A stretch of DNA of 63,982 nucleotides, filler included, from Aduncisulcus paluster (lineage: Eukaryota), in the NCBI GenBank assembly GCA_024181965.1. It is 6 parts of 6 records of this genome, joined end to end, with 100 filler letters (N's around TTAATTAATTAA, not from the genome) between each part and the next. Parts side by side here need not be neighbours in the genome. Positions count along the whole stretch, not along the records: positions 1 to 28,579 come from BQXS01012636.1; 5 more parts are not named here. One strand, 5' to 3'. The position numbers and the translations under genes are program-made. Of the stretch, positions 1-11,536 are shown in pieces (positions within the stretch are counted from its first letter, which is position 1; each line of letters starts with the position of its first letter). Below the pieces are notes generated by a model. It saw only the letters and a list, made by a program, of their open reading frames with translations, had not been told where the DNA came from and searched no databases.

Positions 1-218
1 TTCCACAATTTATTAAATATCTGATCGGGCGGTAATCAACCGGTACCGCCTGTGCCCAGCCGCCGCCAACACCCTCCTCAACTCTCTTCAAGGATGACCG
101 TGGTCACCCTTAGAGGTAGGGTGGTGCGTGACTGTTACTGCACCTCCTTCTCCTGCACCTGCAGCCTCACTGCTGCTCAGCCTGTGCTCAGTATCATGTA
201 TCATTGTCCCGGTAGACA

Positions 219-2069
219 TCAGGTACTGCATTCTGCAGCACAATCGCCAGGAGAGTAAATAAAACTAAAACGTGAGAAAAATCTCTCAACATCAGCACCT
301 GAACATGGGACACTCAATACCTTCAAACAAACTCCTCTAATAATATCAAACTTCTTCTCATCAAAGAAAGTTGCCGCAATAGTCTCGATTTTAGAATGAA
401 TCAACTTGATTTCTTTCTGCCTTTTCTTTTCTTCGCCTTTATCAGTGAGTTCAGCAGCTTTTATCATTCTTTCATACTTGTCAACCATAATTGCCAGGGT
501 TTTTTTCTTAGTAATTAATGCACAGACATCAAACTGAATAAATTCTTTGGCTTCTGGGCAACCATGTTGTTCAAGTAATTTCATATACTTCTCTTCTTCT
601 TCAATTTTACCAAGTGGATGGATGATCATTGCCTGTTTATACTTTCCCAGAGAATTTTCAATTCTTTCCAGTCTTTCTTTGACATTAGGAGTTGGTTCAT
701 CTTCTACTTCAAGATCTCTGACATGGGAAATTAGAGCCACTACAGATCTTTCCATTGAAACGATGCAATTTCCTTCAGCAGCCAGAATAGCTCTTTCGAA
801 ATACAGAAAATAATCTCTGACGAAATCAATCATGGGATTATTAATAAACCCCGGATTCTGGAAGAATTGGAGAGCTTGATCAGCTTCAAGTGTTCCAATA
901 TCCTCCAACAGCTCTCTATATGAGTTTCTCTCATCCACAAGCATCTTGATAGTTCTCAACCTATCAATCCATCTTGTCCAACAAACATGAACCATTTTTA
1001 GACCTTTCTCGTGAACATTACGTTCTTTGTATTTAAGGGCTTTTGCAACAGAAATAACAAAACTTTTAGCCGATGAGTACCAGTATTTCAAAAGATCATC
1101 CATCAAAAGATTAATTTGATGGCACAAACACCAACAACTTTCCTTTCCCCAACCTTCAGAGAGCAATTCTCTGGCACATGCCAACATCATGGCTTCTCCA
1201 TCAGTAACAATAAATTCAATTCTCTTTTTGTCGATTTTTAAATCCTCTAGAAGAGAAATAATAGATGCAGCAAGAACTTGATTTGGATTTTGTGAAGATA
1301 CTCTTCTTTTTCCTCCTTCGGTATCAATACTATTGATAGTAGTACTATCTTCTTTATGTGTTGCCATGCCAATACATAATGGTTTTTTTCCAAATGAACA
1401 TGCAACCACTGCGGTAAAAACAACAGCCTTCTTATTTGCTTTATCAAGAACAATACTAAATGAGTCCATTGTCTCCAATTGTGTTTTTACAAAGGTTTTA
1501 TGAAGTTTTTTACAACCTCTACGAATAGTGCTAGGACATAATGAGAGAATTCTCTCGCATTTGTGGCATTTTCTTTGAACATCGTGTGATATAATGCCAG
1601 ACATTCGATCGGGTGGAGTTCCAGTTGATGCACATACCTCACTAATAGCCATAATAAATTCACGTTCAGCTGCCGTAAATCTGACTTGAGGAGATTTTAT
1701 CAACAATTTAGGTTCAGATTCAGAAGAATGGATACACGTGATAACTTTCGACACCTTCTTCTTTTGAAGAGCTCCATCAATCAATTCTCGATGGCCAATA
1801 CCTAGACAATGGGCTTTTATATCCCATGACTCTCTTTTTAGTGATACACCACATAAAGAACATAGAATTTTTTTCTCATCTTTTTGTTCTTTTAGAACAC
1901 TGTTATGGATTGATATGACGGATTGTACCTCATAATCCTTGTAATGAGAAACGACTTTTTCATTTGCAAAAATTTTGCGGACGAAATCGGAGATTTTCTT
2001 TCCAACCATTTTTTTAATTGTGAGCAAAACAAGTTTTCCAGAGTTCAAAGTGGCTCGAGACCATGTCAA
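219..2069 (-). CDS. hAT-superfamily DNA transposase, probably 3'-truncated near 250
   Basis: N-terminal zinc finger (CSLC...H...H), FSIVLD and IVTDG catalytic aspartates, CLCH (CxxH), WTRW and C-terminal SVPCSGADVERFFS hAT motif carrying the catalytic E. Confidence 0.9.
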   Translation of the reverse strand: MTWSRATLNSGKLVLLTIKKMVGKKISDFVRKIFANEKVVSHYKDYEVQSVISIHNSVLKEQKDEKKILCSLCGVSLKRESWDIKAHCLGIGHRELIDGALQKKKVSKVITCIHSSESEPKLLIKSPQVRFTAAEREFIMAISEVCASTGTPPDRMSGIISHDVQRKCHKCERILSLCPSTIRRGCKKLHKTFVKTQLETMDSFSIVLDKANKKAVVFTAVVACSFGKKPLCIGMATHKEDSTTINSIDTEGGKRRVSSQNPNQVLAASIISLLEDLKIDKKRIEFIVTDGEAMMLACARELLSEGWGKESCWCLCHQINLLMDDLLKYWYSSAKSFVISVAKALKYKERNVHEKGLKMVHVCWTRWIDRLRTIKMLVDERNSYRELLEDIGTLEADQALQFFQNPGFINNPMIDFVRDYFLYFERAILAAEGNCIVSMERSVVALISHVRDLEVEDEPTPNVKERLERIENSLGKYKQAMIIHPLGKIEEEEKYMKLLEQHGCPEAKEFIQFDVCALITKKKTLAIMVDKYERMIKAAELTDKGEEKKRQKEIKLIHSKIETIAATFFDEKKFDIIRGVCLKVLSVPCSGADVERFFSRFSFIYSPGDCAAECST

Positions 2070-2379
2070 AATTTAAATATCAAATTTAACTTGATATTTA
2101 AGGTGTTGGAAGTGTAATAACAATAATTAAATGTATCATTTATTTTTGTATCCCATTCAATCAGTGGGAGTGATGAAAATTAATCAACATATGAAAAATT
2201 GAAATTGCAAAAAAACATAAATAATATTTGTATATAAAAGTACTATTCTAGTAATAGTATTTTTTATATTTTATTCTGGTCAACTCTTAAAAATGAAGAA
2301 ATTTGAGGGGAAAATATCTCAAAAAATGGAGGAAAATCGTATCATTTTTTTGATGTATAAGGGGGTAAATATCGTATTT

Positions 2380-2433
2380 TCGAGGGGGTTACCCCCCCAA
2401 AAGGGGGTTCAGGAGGGGGTACCCCCTCGAGTG
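2380..2433 (-). repeat. Probable 5' terminus of the hAT element with AGGGGGT subterminal repeats and a palindrome
   Basis: Perfect 16-bp palindrome GAGGGGGTACCCCCTC at 2413-2428; TCGAGGGGGT (2380) pairs with ACCCCCTCGA (2421-2430); minus strand begins CACTCGAGGGGG about 360 bp upstream of the transposase. Confidence 0.5.
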
Positions 2434-2568
2434 TCAGGCCTTGGACATGTGTCCAACCCAAAAATAAATTCGATGTGAAATATAGGTATAATATAAATCT
2501 ATTACACTGGTAAAGCTATTTAAACAATACCAAGCGAAATATGGCGTCTCTACTTCAACAATATTATA

Positions 2569-2814
2569 ATGAATGATGGACTTCCACTGAAACCAATGCA
2601 GAAAGTGAACGCATTCAACATCTTCCTTGCCCCACAACTGGTATATTTTGGGAGGCTAGGTCTAATCCCACAGAAACAATTATGGAGCATCAGTTTCATG
2701 GCGAAAAACGCAATCGCACCACAACTTGAACTACCGCGGACAGGAATTCCCGTGGCATTTTATCACACACACCAAATCCATGGAGGAATAGGACTCAGTG
2801 ATATTGTCCTATAA
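2569..2814 (+). pseudogene. Non-LTR retrotransposon RT thumb fragment (R2/NeSL/R4-like)
   Basis: PLKPMQKVNAFNIFLAPQLVY and LPRTGIPVAFYHTHQIHGGIGL resemble the PLKPxQK...PRLxY and GGLG motifs after the RT core of RLE-clade LINEs. Confidence 0.65.
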
Positions 2815-3014
2815 ACCGACGGAAACCGATGCATTTTCACTTGAATTTACAATCGAACTCCCGGACGAGTCATCAGCAAAATTTATCCGGGGCAATGAAA
2901 ATAGAGTGAAGAAATCGAGCAATTTTCACTACAAATGATTTTTAGTAAATATTGGAAATAAACCGTTGTGGGCATTTCCCCAGCTGGTCACAGCTAAGCC
3001 TGCGATAAGGAGGT

Positions 3015-3445
3015 CTAAAGGGTTACCTGCTTTGAGGCCTCGGGGGAAACCGAGCCAGGTGTCGGGAATGGGGCCATAAAGAGAGGGATTGTATCCCTAA
3101 GAAGACTGCCCAACAAAAAGTATTGGATGAAAAGGAAAAGAAAAAGAAATGAGGCCCTTGTACAACAGCTAGTAAAGGGAAGTCGTGTTATATAAAGAGT
3201 AAAGAAAATTGGTTCTCGAGAAGTAAATTCGAGAGAAGCTTTCCTTTTGAAGAGGAAGGGAGGTATAGATAGGTACAAAGCATCTATCTTAATTGATTCA
3301 GGTTGTACGGAATCAATAATTTCCGAGAAGGTCGTAAATAACTTGGAAATACCAGTGTTTCCAGTCGATATTTGAGTTGACTTGGCTGATGGATCTGTCA
3401 AGGCGATTGATAAGGCAGCGAAAGTGACGGTTGTCGTTGTAACAA
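3015..3445 (+). pseudogene. Degraded Ty3/gypsy gag zinc knuckle and protease remnant
   Basis: Manual translation gives GHKERDC and KASILIDSGCTESIISEKVV...LADGS (retropepsin DSG motif), interrupted by stops. Confidence 0.6.
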
Positions 3446-4062
3446 GATTCCACCAATCCCCGACGTGGAAGCATCCGTTCTAAGAATAAATACTTCTTCG
3501 TGGCAAGGCGTCCACATGAGATACACATCTCCGCTGCATGGGTACTGCTCTCCTTCTCTTTATGACTGCATCTTGGCTTCTATATTTAAATAATTCAGAT
3601 AGACAATTTATTATTATCGCTGGTGATAGATTAATTGTTAACAAAACGGCAAACCTGCCCAGGTCACACCGACTGAAATCAATGATGTCTCTCTCCGCAG
3701 TATTAACCAAACAGTATGTTACCATTTCGTTTGTACTTGTAATTTTAATAATCAAATAAAATTATTTCTATTTTTTGTTTCCAATAATTCTTGCGAGCAC
3801 CCATGCTTCATGAAAATGTTGACTCTAAAAATCAATAACGCATATGCAAAATAAATAGCATTTTTAATTACGATAAATAATTTATTTGTCTTTATATAGA
3901 GCGAATTGCATCCAAAGTTGTAATCCCTATTCAGTATCTATTCCATTCCGTGGCAATTTTTTTTAGAATAAATGATATATCCAGAATATACCATAATAAT
4001 AAAATAGGATTATTATTTTGATATATTTAATAAAATTCTATTCTATTAACAAATTCAGCAGA

Positions 4063-4790
4063 TACAGGTTGGTCAGAAATAATCAAGTAATAGCTTATTA
4101 AAATAGACCATGAAAAAAGGCGTGTGTTTCATAATCCAATTATATTTATATAATTTATTTATTTTTACTAATTCTTAATAATTCTTTAGCCGTATCTGAT
4201 CATCGGCAGATTCGAACGCTTCTACAGAAGCAAACACCACTCGTCACAAAAATCAAATGTGTTTTAATGCATAGAGAGCTAGATTATACGGACGAGGAGC
4301 TTGCTTATCAACTATATGTCAGCTCCACGGCCGTATATAACTGGATTCGATTATGGGGTGAAGGGAAGCTCAAAGAAACAACACGACAACGAGAAGGAAT
4401 TCTTACACCCGAGATTATAGGAGGGCTACTTGATGAGATTGATCATAACCCTACAATCTTCCTTGAAGAAATGCAGGTATTCATTAAGGAAAAATATGCG
4501 ATACACGCATCATTAAGTACAATATGTAGAGCTCTAAACACTAATGGATATACCAAGAAGAAGATATCACATATTGCTAGGAAGGCGTCGGGAAAAAATA
4601 GAAATTTTCGAAAAAACCATGGATAAGCTGATTAAGGTGAATAGAGGAACAAAAAACTATATTTTTGTTGACGAGACCGGTTCTGACATGCGAGATGTCC
4701 AGAGACACCTCGCTTATGCCCCAAAAGGAGAAAGAGCTAGGATCTTATCAAACAAACTATTAAGATCAAAAAGGGTCCAACCGCCAATGT
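4063..4790 (+). mobile_element. IS630/Tc1/mariner transposon remnant (TIR-like end, HTH and first DDE aspartate), frameshifted
   Basis: TA-CAGGTTGGTCAGAAA end at 4063; ORF 4267-4626 with HTH (LAYQLYVSSTAVYNWI) and SLSTICRALN..GYTKKK; ORF 4544 continues NYIFVDETG...AYAPKGERA; truncated by a hAT fragment. Confidence 0.8.
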
Positions 4791-5123
4791 TCCAAATTCA
4801 CCATGTAATATTGCAAGTACCGATTTCCCCCGACTTATACTTTTATCAAGAATGATTGAAAAAGGAGCCCTTAAATAATGTTTAATGATTTTTTCCTTCT
4901 CATCAATAAAAGTTTGACACGATTCTTTATATAAGGTCGATGCTGCCAGTTCGATTGGCCTTGGTAATGCAATGATCTGTTTCTGAATTCCTACTGACAA
5001 AAATTTGCTTGCAGAACTCAATGTTAAATTGCATTTTGCGCTTTGTAATATTACAGAGCGTCTAAATCTTCTCTTTTCCGGTAGTAAATCTTTTAAAATC
5101 CGCGAGGAATTGTGAATATGCAA
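4790..5123 (-). pseudogene. hAT transposase N-terminal fragment
   Basis: FSIILDKSISRGKSVLAI is homologous to FSIVLDKANKK of the 219-2069 transposase. Confidence 0.65.
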
Positions 5124-5277
5124 CTATTTTTTTTGAGTCTCCTAAAATAAATGAAACATTTATTAATCAATATTAAATTATTTCCATAATTAAGAAATAT
5201 ATAATATAAATCATTCCCACTAAAGTCATTTGAATGTAATAGTTCACATTTCAAAGTGATTTTATTCGACATTATTC

Positions 5278-5911
5278 TTGGGGGATATAGCCAATTTAAA
5301 ATGGAAAATAGAGACATATTTAAAACAGAATTTGATTGGACCGACAAAAAAGAAGATTTGGATCAAGTATAAAAAAGCTATTGGGAAAAAAGATTTGTGC
5401 AAAGAAGATGTGATCCATTTTGCAATATTGGATTTCAAAAAAAAGTGTTTGTCCATCTTCGAATGAATTTATTCAATGTAATAAGTGTAAACTGAATTTA
5501 AAAAACGATTTAAGAACTAAATGCTTCCATTTAGCAAGAGATTCTCATAATGCCAATTCCATGATAATTGAAGCAGATAAAGAGATTATAAGAGTTGGAA
5601 AAAGAAGAGTTAGAAGGGAAGCAGTCGAAAGTTCGATTGAATGCGGCATTCCAATCTGCAAGATGTGCCAATTTCTATCTGTCAAACTTCAAAAATCGAT
5701 AATACGACTCGGAGTTCCAACCAAAATGATTAAGAGTACATGTTACAGAGATTCTAAAGATGAAATACATCAATCGCTTTTAAAAGCAAGAAGACTTGCT
5801 CTTCGTCCAACATATTCAGTGATATTGGACAAAACTGTGACACGAGGCAAATCCGTTCTTTCAACAATTTTGGCCATTGGATATATCAATGTTGGTATAA
5901 AGGATTCTTAG
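5278..5911 (+). pseudogene. hAT transposase N-terminal fragment (zinc finger and first catalytic D)
   Basis: CNKC...H....H finger; YSVILDKTVTRGKSVLSTI. Confidence 0.65.
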
Positions 5912-6149
5912 TATCTTCAAGCTCTTCAAAATGAATAAAAAATTTCAGACCGTTTCGAAAAAGAATCATTGATGAAAAGCAGATACCCAGTAATATTCCC
6001 AAAAACATCAAAACATTTTACTCTTGATATTAATTATTTGGTAACACATTTGGAACACTCATTAGTCTCCCAGACAAAGAAAAAAGAAAAATAGCCAAAT
6101 CAAAAAAAATAAGAATCAGGATGTATGTTCTGTAACTCTGCCTAATCCT

Positions 6150-6530
6150 GACTCTTAAACCGACGAAGAGACCCGTAGAACGGAAGACAACTTTATTAAA
6201 GGAGTTACCGCTTATTTTGGCTCCCTTTCTGGCCTCGACGCTCTCTACCAATTCGAGAAATTATCCTTGAAAGATATGTCTGAGAAAGCCGTGTACATTC
6301 GAGGTTTTCGAAAGATTCTCTGAAGAGTGGCTGATGACGAAACCTCCTCAAATGAATTACTCCTGAAGTACTTTTTAAAAGGAATATGAATAATAGAGCT
6401 CCATTCTTTTAGAACTCGTGTGGAAGCTGCCTTGGATGGTAAGCCGAGTCTATCGATGTCTGAGTTAACCTCCACTATCTTCGCCCAGCAGAGTATTGTC
6501 CGAGAAGGAATTGAGGACTTCCAGAGATGA
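6150..6530 (+). pseudogene. Retrotransposon gag (capsid) remnant
   Basis: Manual translation ALYQFEKLSLKDMSEKAVYIRGFRKIL*...LLLKYFLKGI resembles the gag major-homology-like region of neighbouring elements. Confidence 0.45.
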
Positions 6531-7887
6531 CCTGACCCTGTTGAAGTTAATCTTAAAGAAGAAATATTGGTGTCATACTTGTAATATATTCATAACGTTG
6601 GAAAAGAGATTCGTGTAGCACATCTGCTCCCAGACATGAAGAAAAGGAAATTAAGGATATACTGTAATTTTTGGGAATGTGAAGTAGATTTGATGGAAGT
6701 GGTGATAACGTGGGTATAGTACAATGAGGACGTGATGACATGGTCTTGAATGTCGTTTCTACTTTCAATATCTTTGGTTGAGAGTCAGTCTTGGTCAATA
6801 ATAATGGATTGTAATTTTTGGGAATGTGAAGTAGATTAGTAGTACAGTACAGTATAGTATATAGTACAGTAGTAGTTTATTAAAGAGAAGAAAAAACCCA
6901 GAGGGAAAAAGAATATCTTTAACAGCCATTCCCTGTTGGGAAGAAGGCAGCGTGACCACTTAATGGCAGGGGGATGTCGGAAAGACTTGTCACTCCCCCA
7001 GACCATCTTCGCTCCCACTCGCCTTCACCGAAGTACATGGGGTTGTGGGAGGTTCAGGTCTGGTTGAGGACAGAGGTCGTGTTAGAGAAAGAGAGGGTTA
7101 GGAGAAAGGGGGAGGTAAAACTAAATTAAGAACAAAATCAACATAAAATAATAAGGATATGTGTCTTAAAAAAAATAAAAGAAATAAAAAAATAAAGAAA
7201 AATAAAAAATAAGACACATGAAAAGTTGGCAAAACTTGATTTTGCCTACATTTAAGAAAATTTTCCACAAAACTGATCAGAAAGAAAGGATTTATAGAAA
7301 TAGAGGAACAGTACGTATTATAAAATTATTTTAAATATGTTTTTCATAGATATCCACTTATATTTTCGTTATCTCCTGAATCTTTAGTCAGAGAAAGATT
7401 TAAATGTCATATTTGGACTGCTTTTTGGTGTCTCCTTATGTTTTCATGATCANNNNNNNNNNNNNNNNNNNNGTGTCTTAAAAAAAATAAAAGAAATAAA
7501 AAAATAAAGAAAAATAAAAAATAAGACACATGAAAAGTTGGCAAAACTTGATTTTGCCTACATTTAAGAAAATTTTCCACAAAACTGATCAGAAAGAAAG
7601 GATTTATAGACATAGAGGAACAGTACGTATTATAAAATTATTTTAAATATGTTTTTCATAGATATCCACTTATATTTTCGTTATCTCCTGAATCTTTAGT
7701 CAGAGAAAGATTTAAATGTCATATTTGGACTGCTTTTTGGTGTCTCCTTATGTTTTCATGATCATTTTCCTCATTCTAAATTCAACATTGATTCGTGTCT
7801 GTGAATATTCGTTCACGGGCTAGGGATTCATTTTCACCGTATAATATTAACGAATAAGCATATTAATCTAATTTTTTCGGCTCTGTA

Positions 7888-8139
7888 TTGTATTTTTGTT
7901 CCCCTTATCAGGAAAAAATTCAAATTAAAAGAGAGATTATCAAAGCGGTTATTTGTCCCAGTATCCCAATTAATGGCATACCAAAATTTTTAACGGATGA
8001 TATCCAGATAGCCATACAATCTCTGGAAGACACAATAACGTTTTGCAGATCTTCTTGTTATACATTGGGAAATAACATTGCGAGACAGGCTATCATTCTT
8101 GTCATAATAGCCCATACATCACAAACCTTAGCAACTTAG
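7888..8139 (+). pseudogene. hAT transposase fragment
   Basis: REIIKAVICPSIPINGIPKFLTDDIQ...FCRSSCY aligns by eye with the pre-catalytic region of the other hAT ORFs. Confidence 0.45.
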
Positions 8140-8530
8140 TTTTGTTCTCAATATTTTGTTAACAATATATCCTTGAAGGATTGATTTTTTATCGCTTGGA
8201 GAACAAAATTGGAGACATCTTAAATAAATAGTCCATTATTCATAGAAGAGACTACTGGTCTGTTTAGTAAACAAGTTTTCTTCCTATTTTTTTTTTCTAC
8301 ATTTCCAAATCGTGAAATAATAATAAAAAAACATAAAAACAACCGATAAAACAATCTTAAAATAGGATTCTAAAATTTTATGTTCTATTTTATCGTTAAG
8401 TTGAGAAGATACTGTGATTACATTTATACCATGGAATCAGGAATAGTATCAGATATTTCAGAGCGTATGTAAGCAAATTATATGATAATATATAAAAAAG
8501 CAAAAGTTTTATTTTTATTTTACCTTTATT

Positions 8531-11351
8531 CTAGTGAGTCCCCAAATCCAAGCAATTGTGAAAGTGCAGACCCCAAGGAAGATTAAACTCAAGATAGTAT
8601 ACATTACTGAGCTCCTTGGGGTCCACTATAACCAGATTACAGAGATCTTCCAGGTGAGCAAGAGGTCTCTGTACCAATGGCGATGAGAATGGCTGAGTGG
8701 GAAGCTTACTGAAGAGAAAACAGTTATCAGGAGAAGGAAGTTTTACGTTCCTCCGACCAATCCTTTGAAAACTCAGTAATCTCTCGAATGCCAAACAGCA
8801 CATCATAAGGTTTATGGCCTGTCACCGTATGTGGTGTGTTGTTTATGATGTTCATTACGACTGGCAACGCTAGATGCCAATCCTCCTTCTCCAGTATGTC
8901 ATGTAGAATGGCGTATAAGTGTCTTTTAACTTCGCGGTTCACTTGTTCAACTGCACCATTGGATTGTGAATGGGCCGGGGTTGTTACATGATGCTTTACA
9001 CCAAAGGTATCCCAAAGATGATCAGTCAGGAAACACGAGTATTGGGAACCACCATCGGAAATGATATTACGAGGAACACCAAAACGTGAGACAATTCTCT
9101 CCATAATTGCTGTGGAGGCCTCTTTAGCTTCAAGAGATTTGGCCGGATGTAATTCCACCCAACGTGAGAAACGATCCACTATCACAATGATATACATAGT
9201 ACCATCCGAGGACGCTGGAAAGGTCCCATTGTGTCCACACAAATGGTATGGAAAGGCATTTCCATTTCAGATCTAAATCTGGTGACTCTTTTCTTGGGAG
9301 CTCCTCTTATCTTCTGACATGTTACACAAGTTTTTACCCATTTCCGAAGATCAGTTGCTATGGACGCCCATGTAATCTCATTCTCCTGTATTTTGAATTG
9401 GGTGAGCGTCGCGCCATGATGACCAGAATGAGCATTGTGAAAAGCTTCAAATACCTGTTTCTTTATATCCATTCNNNNNNNNNNNNNNNNNNNNTAACTT
9501 CGCGGTTCACTCGTTCAACTGCACCATTGGATTGTGAATGGGCCGGGGTTGTTACATGATGCTTTACACCAAAGGTATCCCAAAGATGATCAGTCAGGAA
9601 ACACGAGTATTGGGAACCACCATCGGAAATGATATTACGAGGAACACCAAAACGTGAGACAATTCTCTCCATAATTGCTGTGGAGGCCTCTTTAGCTTCA
9701 AGAGATTTGGCCGGATGTAATTCCACCCAACGTGAGAACCGATCCACTATCACAATGATATACATAGTACCATCCGAGGACGCTGGAAAAGGTCCCATTG
9801 TGTCCACACAAATGGTATGGAAAGGCATTTCCATTTCAGATCTAAATCTGGTGACTCTTTTCTTGGGAGCTCCTCTTATCTTCTGACATGTTACACAAGT
9901 TTTTACCCATTTCCGAAGATCAGTTGCTATGGACGCCCATGTAATCTCATTCTCCTGTATTTTGAATTGGGTGAGCGTCGCGCCATGATGACCAGAATGA
10001 GCATTGTGAAAAGCTTCAAATACCTGTTTCTTTATATCCATTCTGGTTTTCGGAATCACTAACCTCTCATGTTTATCCACTATTACACCATCAATGCTTT
10101 CATAAGCTCTGAGTTCTTCAGGTGTAAAGTCCTTTTGAGAAGCCTTTATACTCTCTTTGATTCCCTTTATGTCTACCAAGATTCTTTTAAAATATTTTGT
10201 TACCCCAATACGACTCAAAGGGGTATATAATTTATACACATCCTCACTCCACCCTCAGGTTTATCAACAAATGTGGGACTGCATACATACGGGGAAGCTG
10301 CTTTGACAAGAATACCATCTCTAAGACCACACTCTAAATTCTCTCTTAGAACAGCATCATCAGCCGGAGAAAGTCTTCTTGGCTTGACAGGCCATATGGC
10401 CTTTGGATTGGTTAGTTCTACTGAAAAGGCAGGCAACAAGGATCCATCAGGATGTATATCAGGAGAAAACACTTCCTCAAATTCTGATAATATTGGTAAC
10501 AAAATACTCGCATGCTCACTACACACATCTATCGCTTGGATGCCATTCGTGGTAATTGTGTCTTCCTCATACTTCTCAAGTAATCCATGATGCTTCGCCC
10601 ATGAACCTTATACAATCATAGAATCAGTTCCCGTAACATCAGAAATAAGCAAACGAATTGGAGCTGTACATTTCTTTCCAAGTGATGAAGTGAACGAGAC
10701 AGTTGTCTCCACACAGGATGTCACAGATACATAGGAGTCCTTACCATGTTGGATTTTGTGGTTACATGGGATTTGCTCGGCATTTGGAGCAAGCTTCTTA
10801 AGGGTATCTGGGTGTACAAGGTTACACTCTGAACCTGTGTCTACTAATGTCATGCAATGTCCACGGCCAAAACCCATCTGAAGTGTGAACTCATTAGACG
10901 AACTGTTTCGGAGTCGTTTGTGACGAAGTTCAGGATGTAACTTCCAACAATGATCAACATCATGGCCCTTGCGGCCACAATGGGGACAAGCTTCCCACTT
11001 CTTCGAGGTTGGCTTGCTCGCCTTGTTCTGAGGACCACGAGTCAATGACGGTTTCTCAACAGTCAGCTCCCAACCATCTAAGAGTAGACGAGACGCAGTG
11101 GTTAGCAAAGTGAAACCAAGGACAGAAATATCAGTTATACCATCATCAATCAGACGATGCAAAGAACGGCTCAATTTCCGAACATAGATAGCCCTTCGCG
11201 TATATTCTTGCGATCGTAGTTGGTCGTTTATCCACCAGATGCTCAGCCGAATCATATACCATCAAGAATGATGTGTTGAATTCATCAATACAAGTGGTGG
11301 TATTGTCCCACTTAAATCTAACAGCAGAGAGTCTAGCAAACAACTCTTCAG
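8531..11351 (-). mobile_element. Degenerate Ty3/gypsy element C (gag 3' part, protease, RT/RNase H deleted, integrase); interrupted by element A
   Basis: CPHCGRKGHDVDHC knuckle, LVDTGS protease, RT start RMCINY joined directly to LSRI (RT core and RNase H missing), integrase HHCC and DDE (VDTMGP, SDGGSQY, NGAVERVNRE). Confidence 0.9.
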
Positions 11352-11448
11352 TGAGATGGATTCGGATGATCCAACGAATGAGTAAATTTGGTGCTAGGGA
11401 ATCTATTTTATTTTATTCCGACAGTCAGGCACCTTGGGTACCATAACA
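11352..11448 (+). repeat. 5' LTR of element A (97 bp)
   Basis: 96/97 identical to 16296-16392; TGAGATGG...CCATAACA imperfect terminal inverted repeat. Confidence 0.95.
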
Positions 11449-11536
11449 GAAATTAATTTCTTATATTATTTCTAATATTTTTCTTAATTTTACACTGATA
11501 AAATTTTCATTATCGTAAACCGATTATTAACTACTA

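Noticed and set aside
3450..3580. Possible CCHC/RLE remnant of a non-LTR element
   Set aside because: Too short and interrupted by stops to support a call
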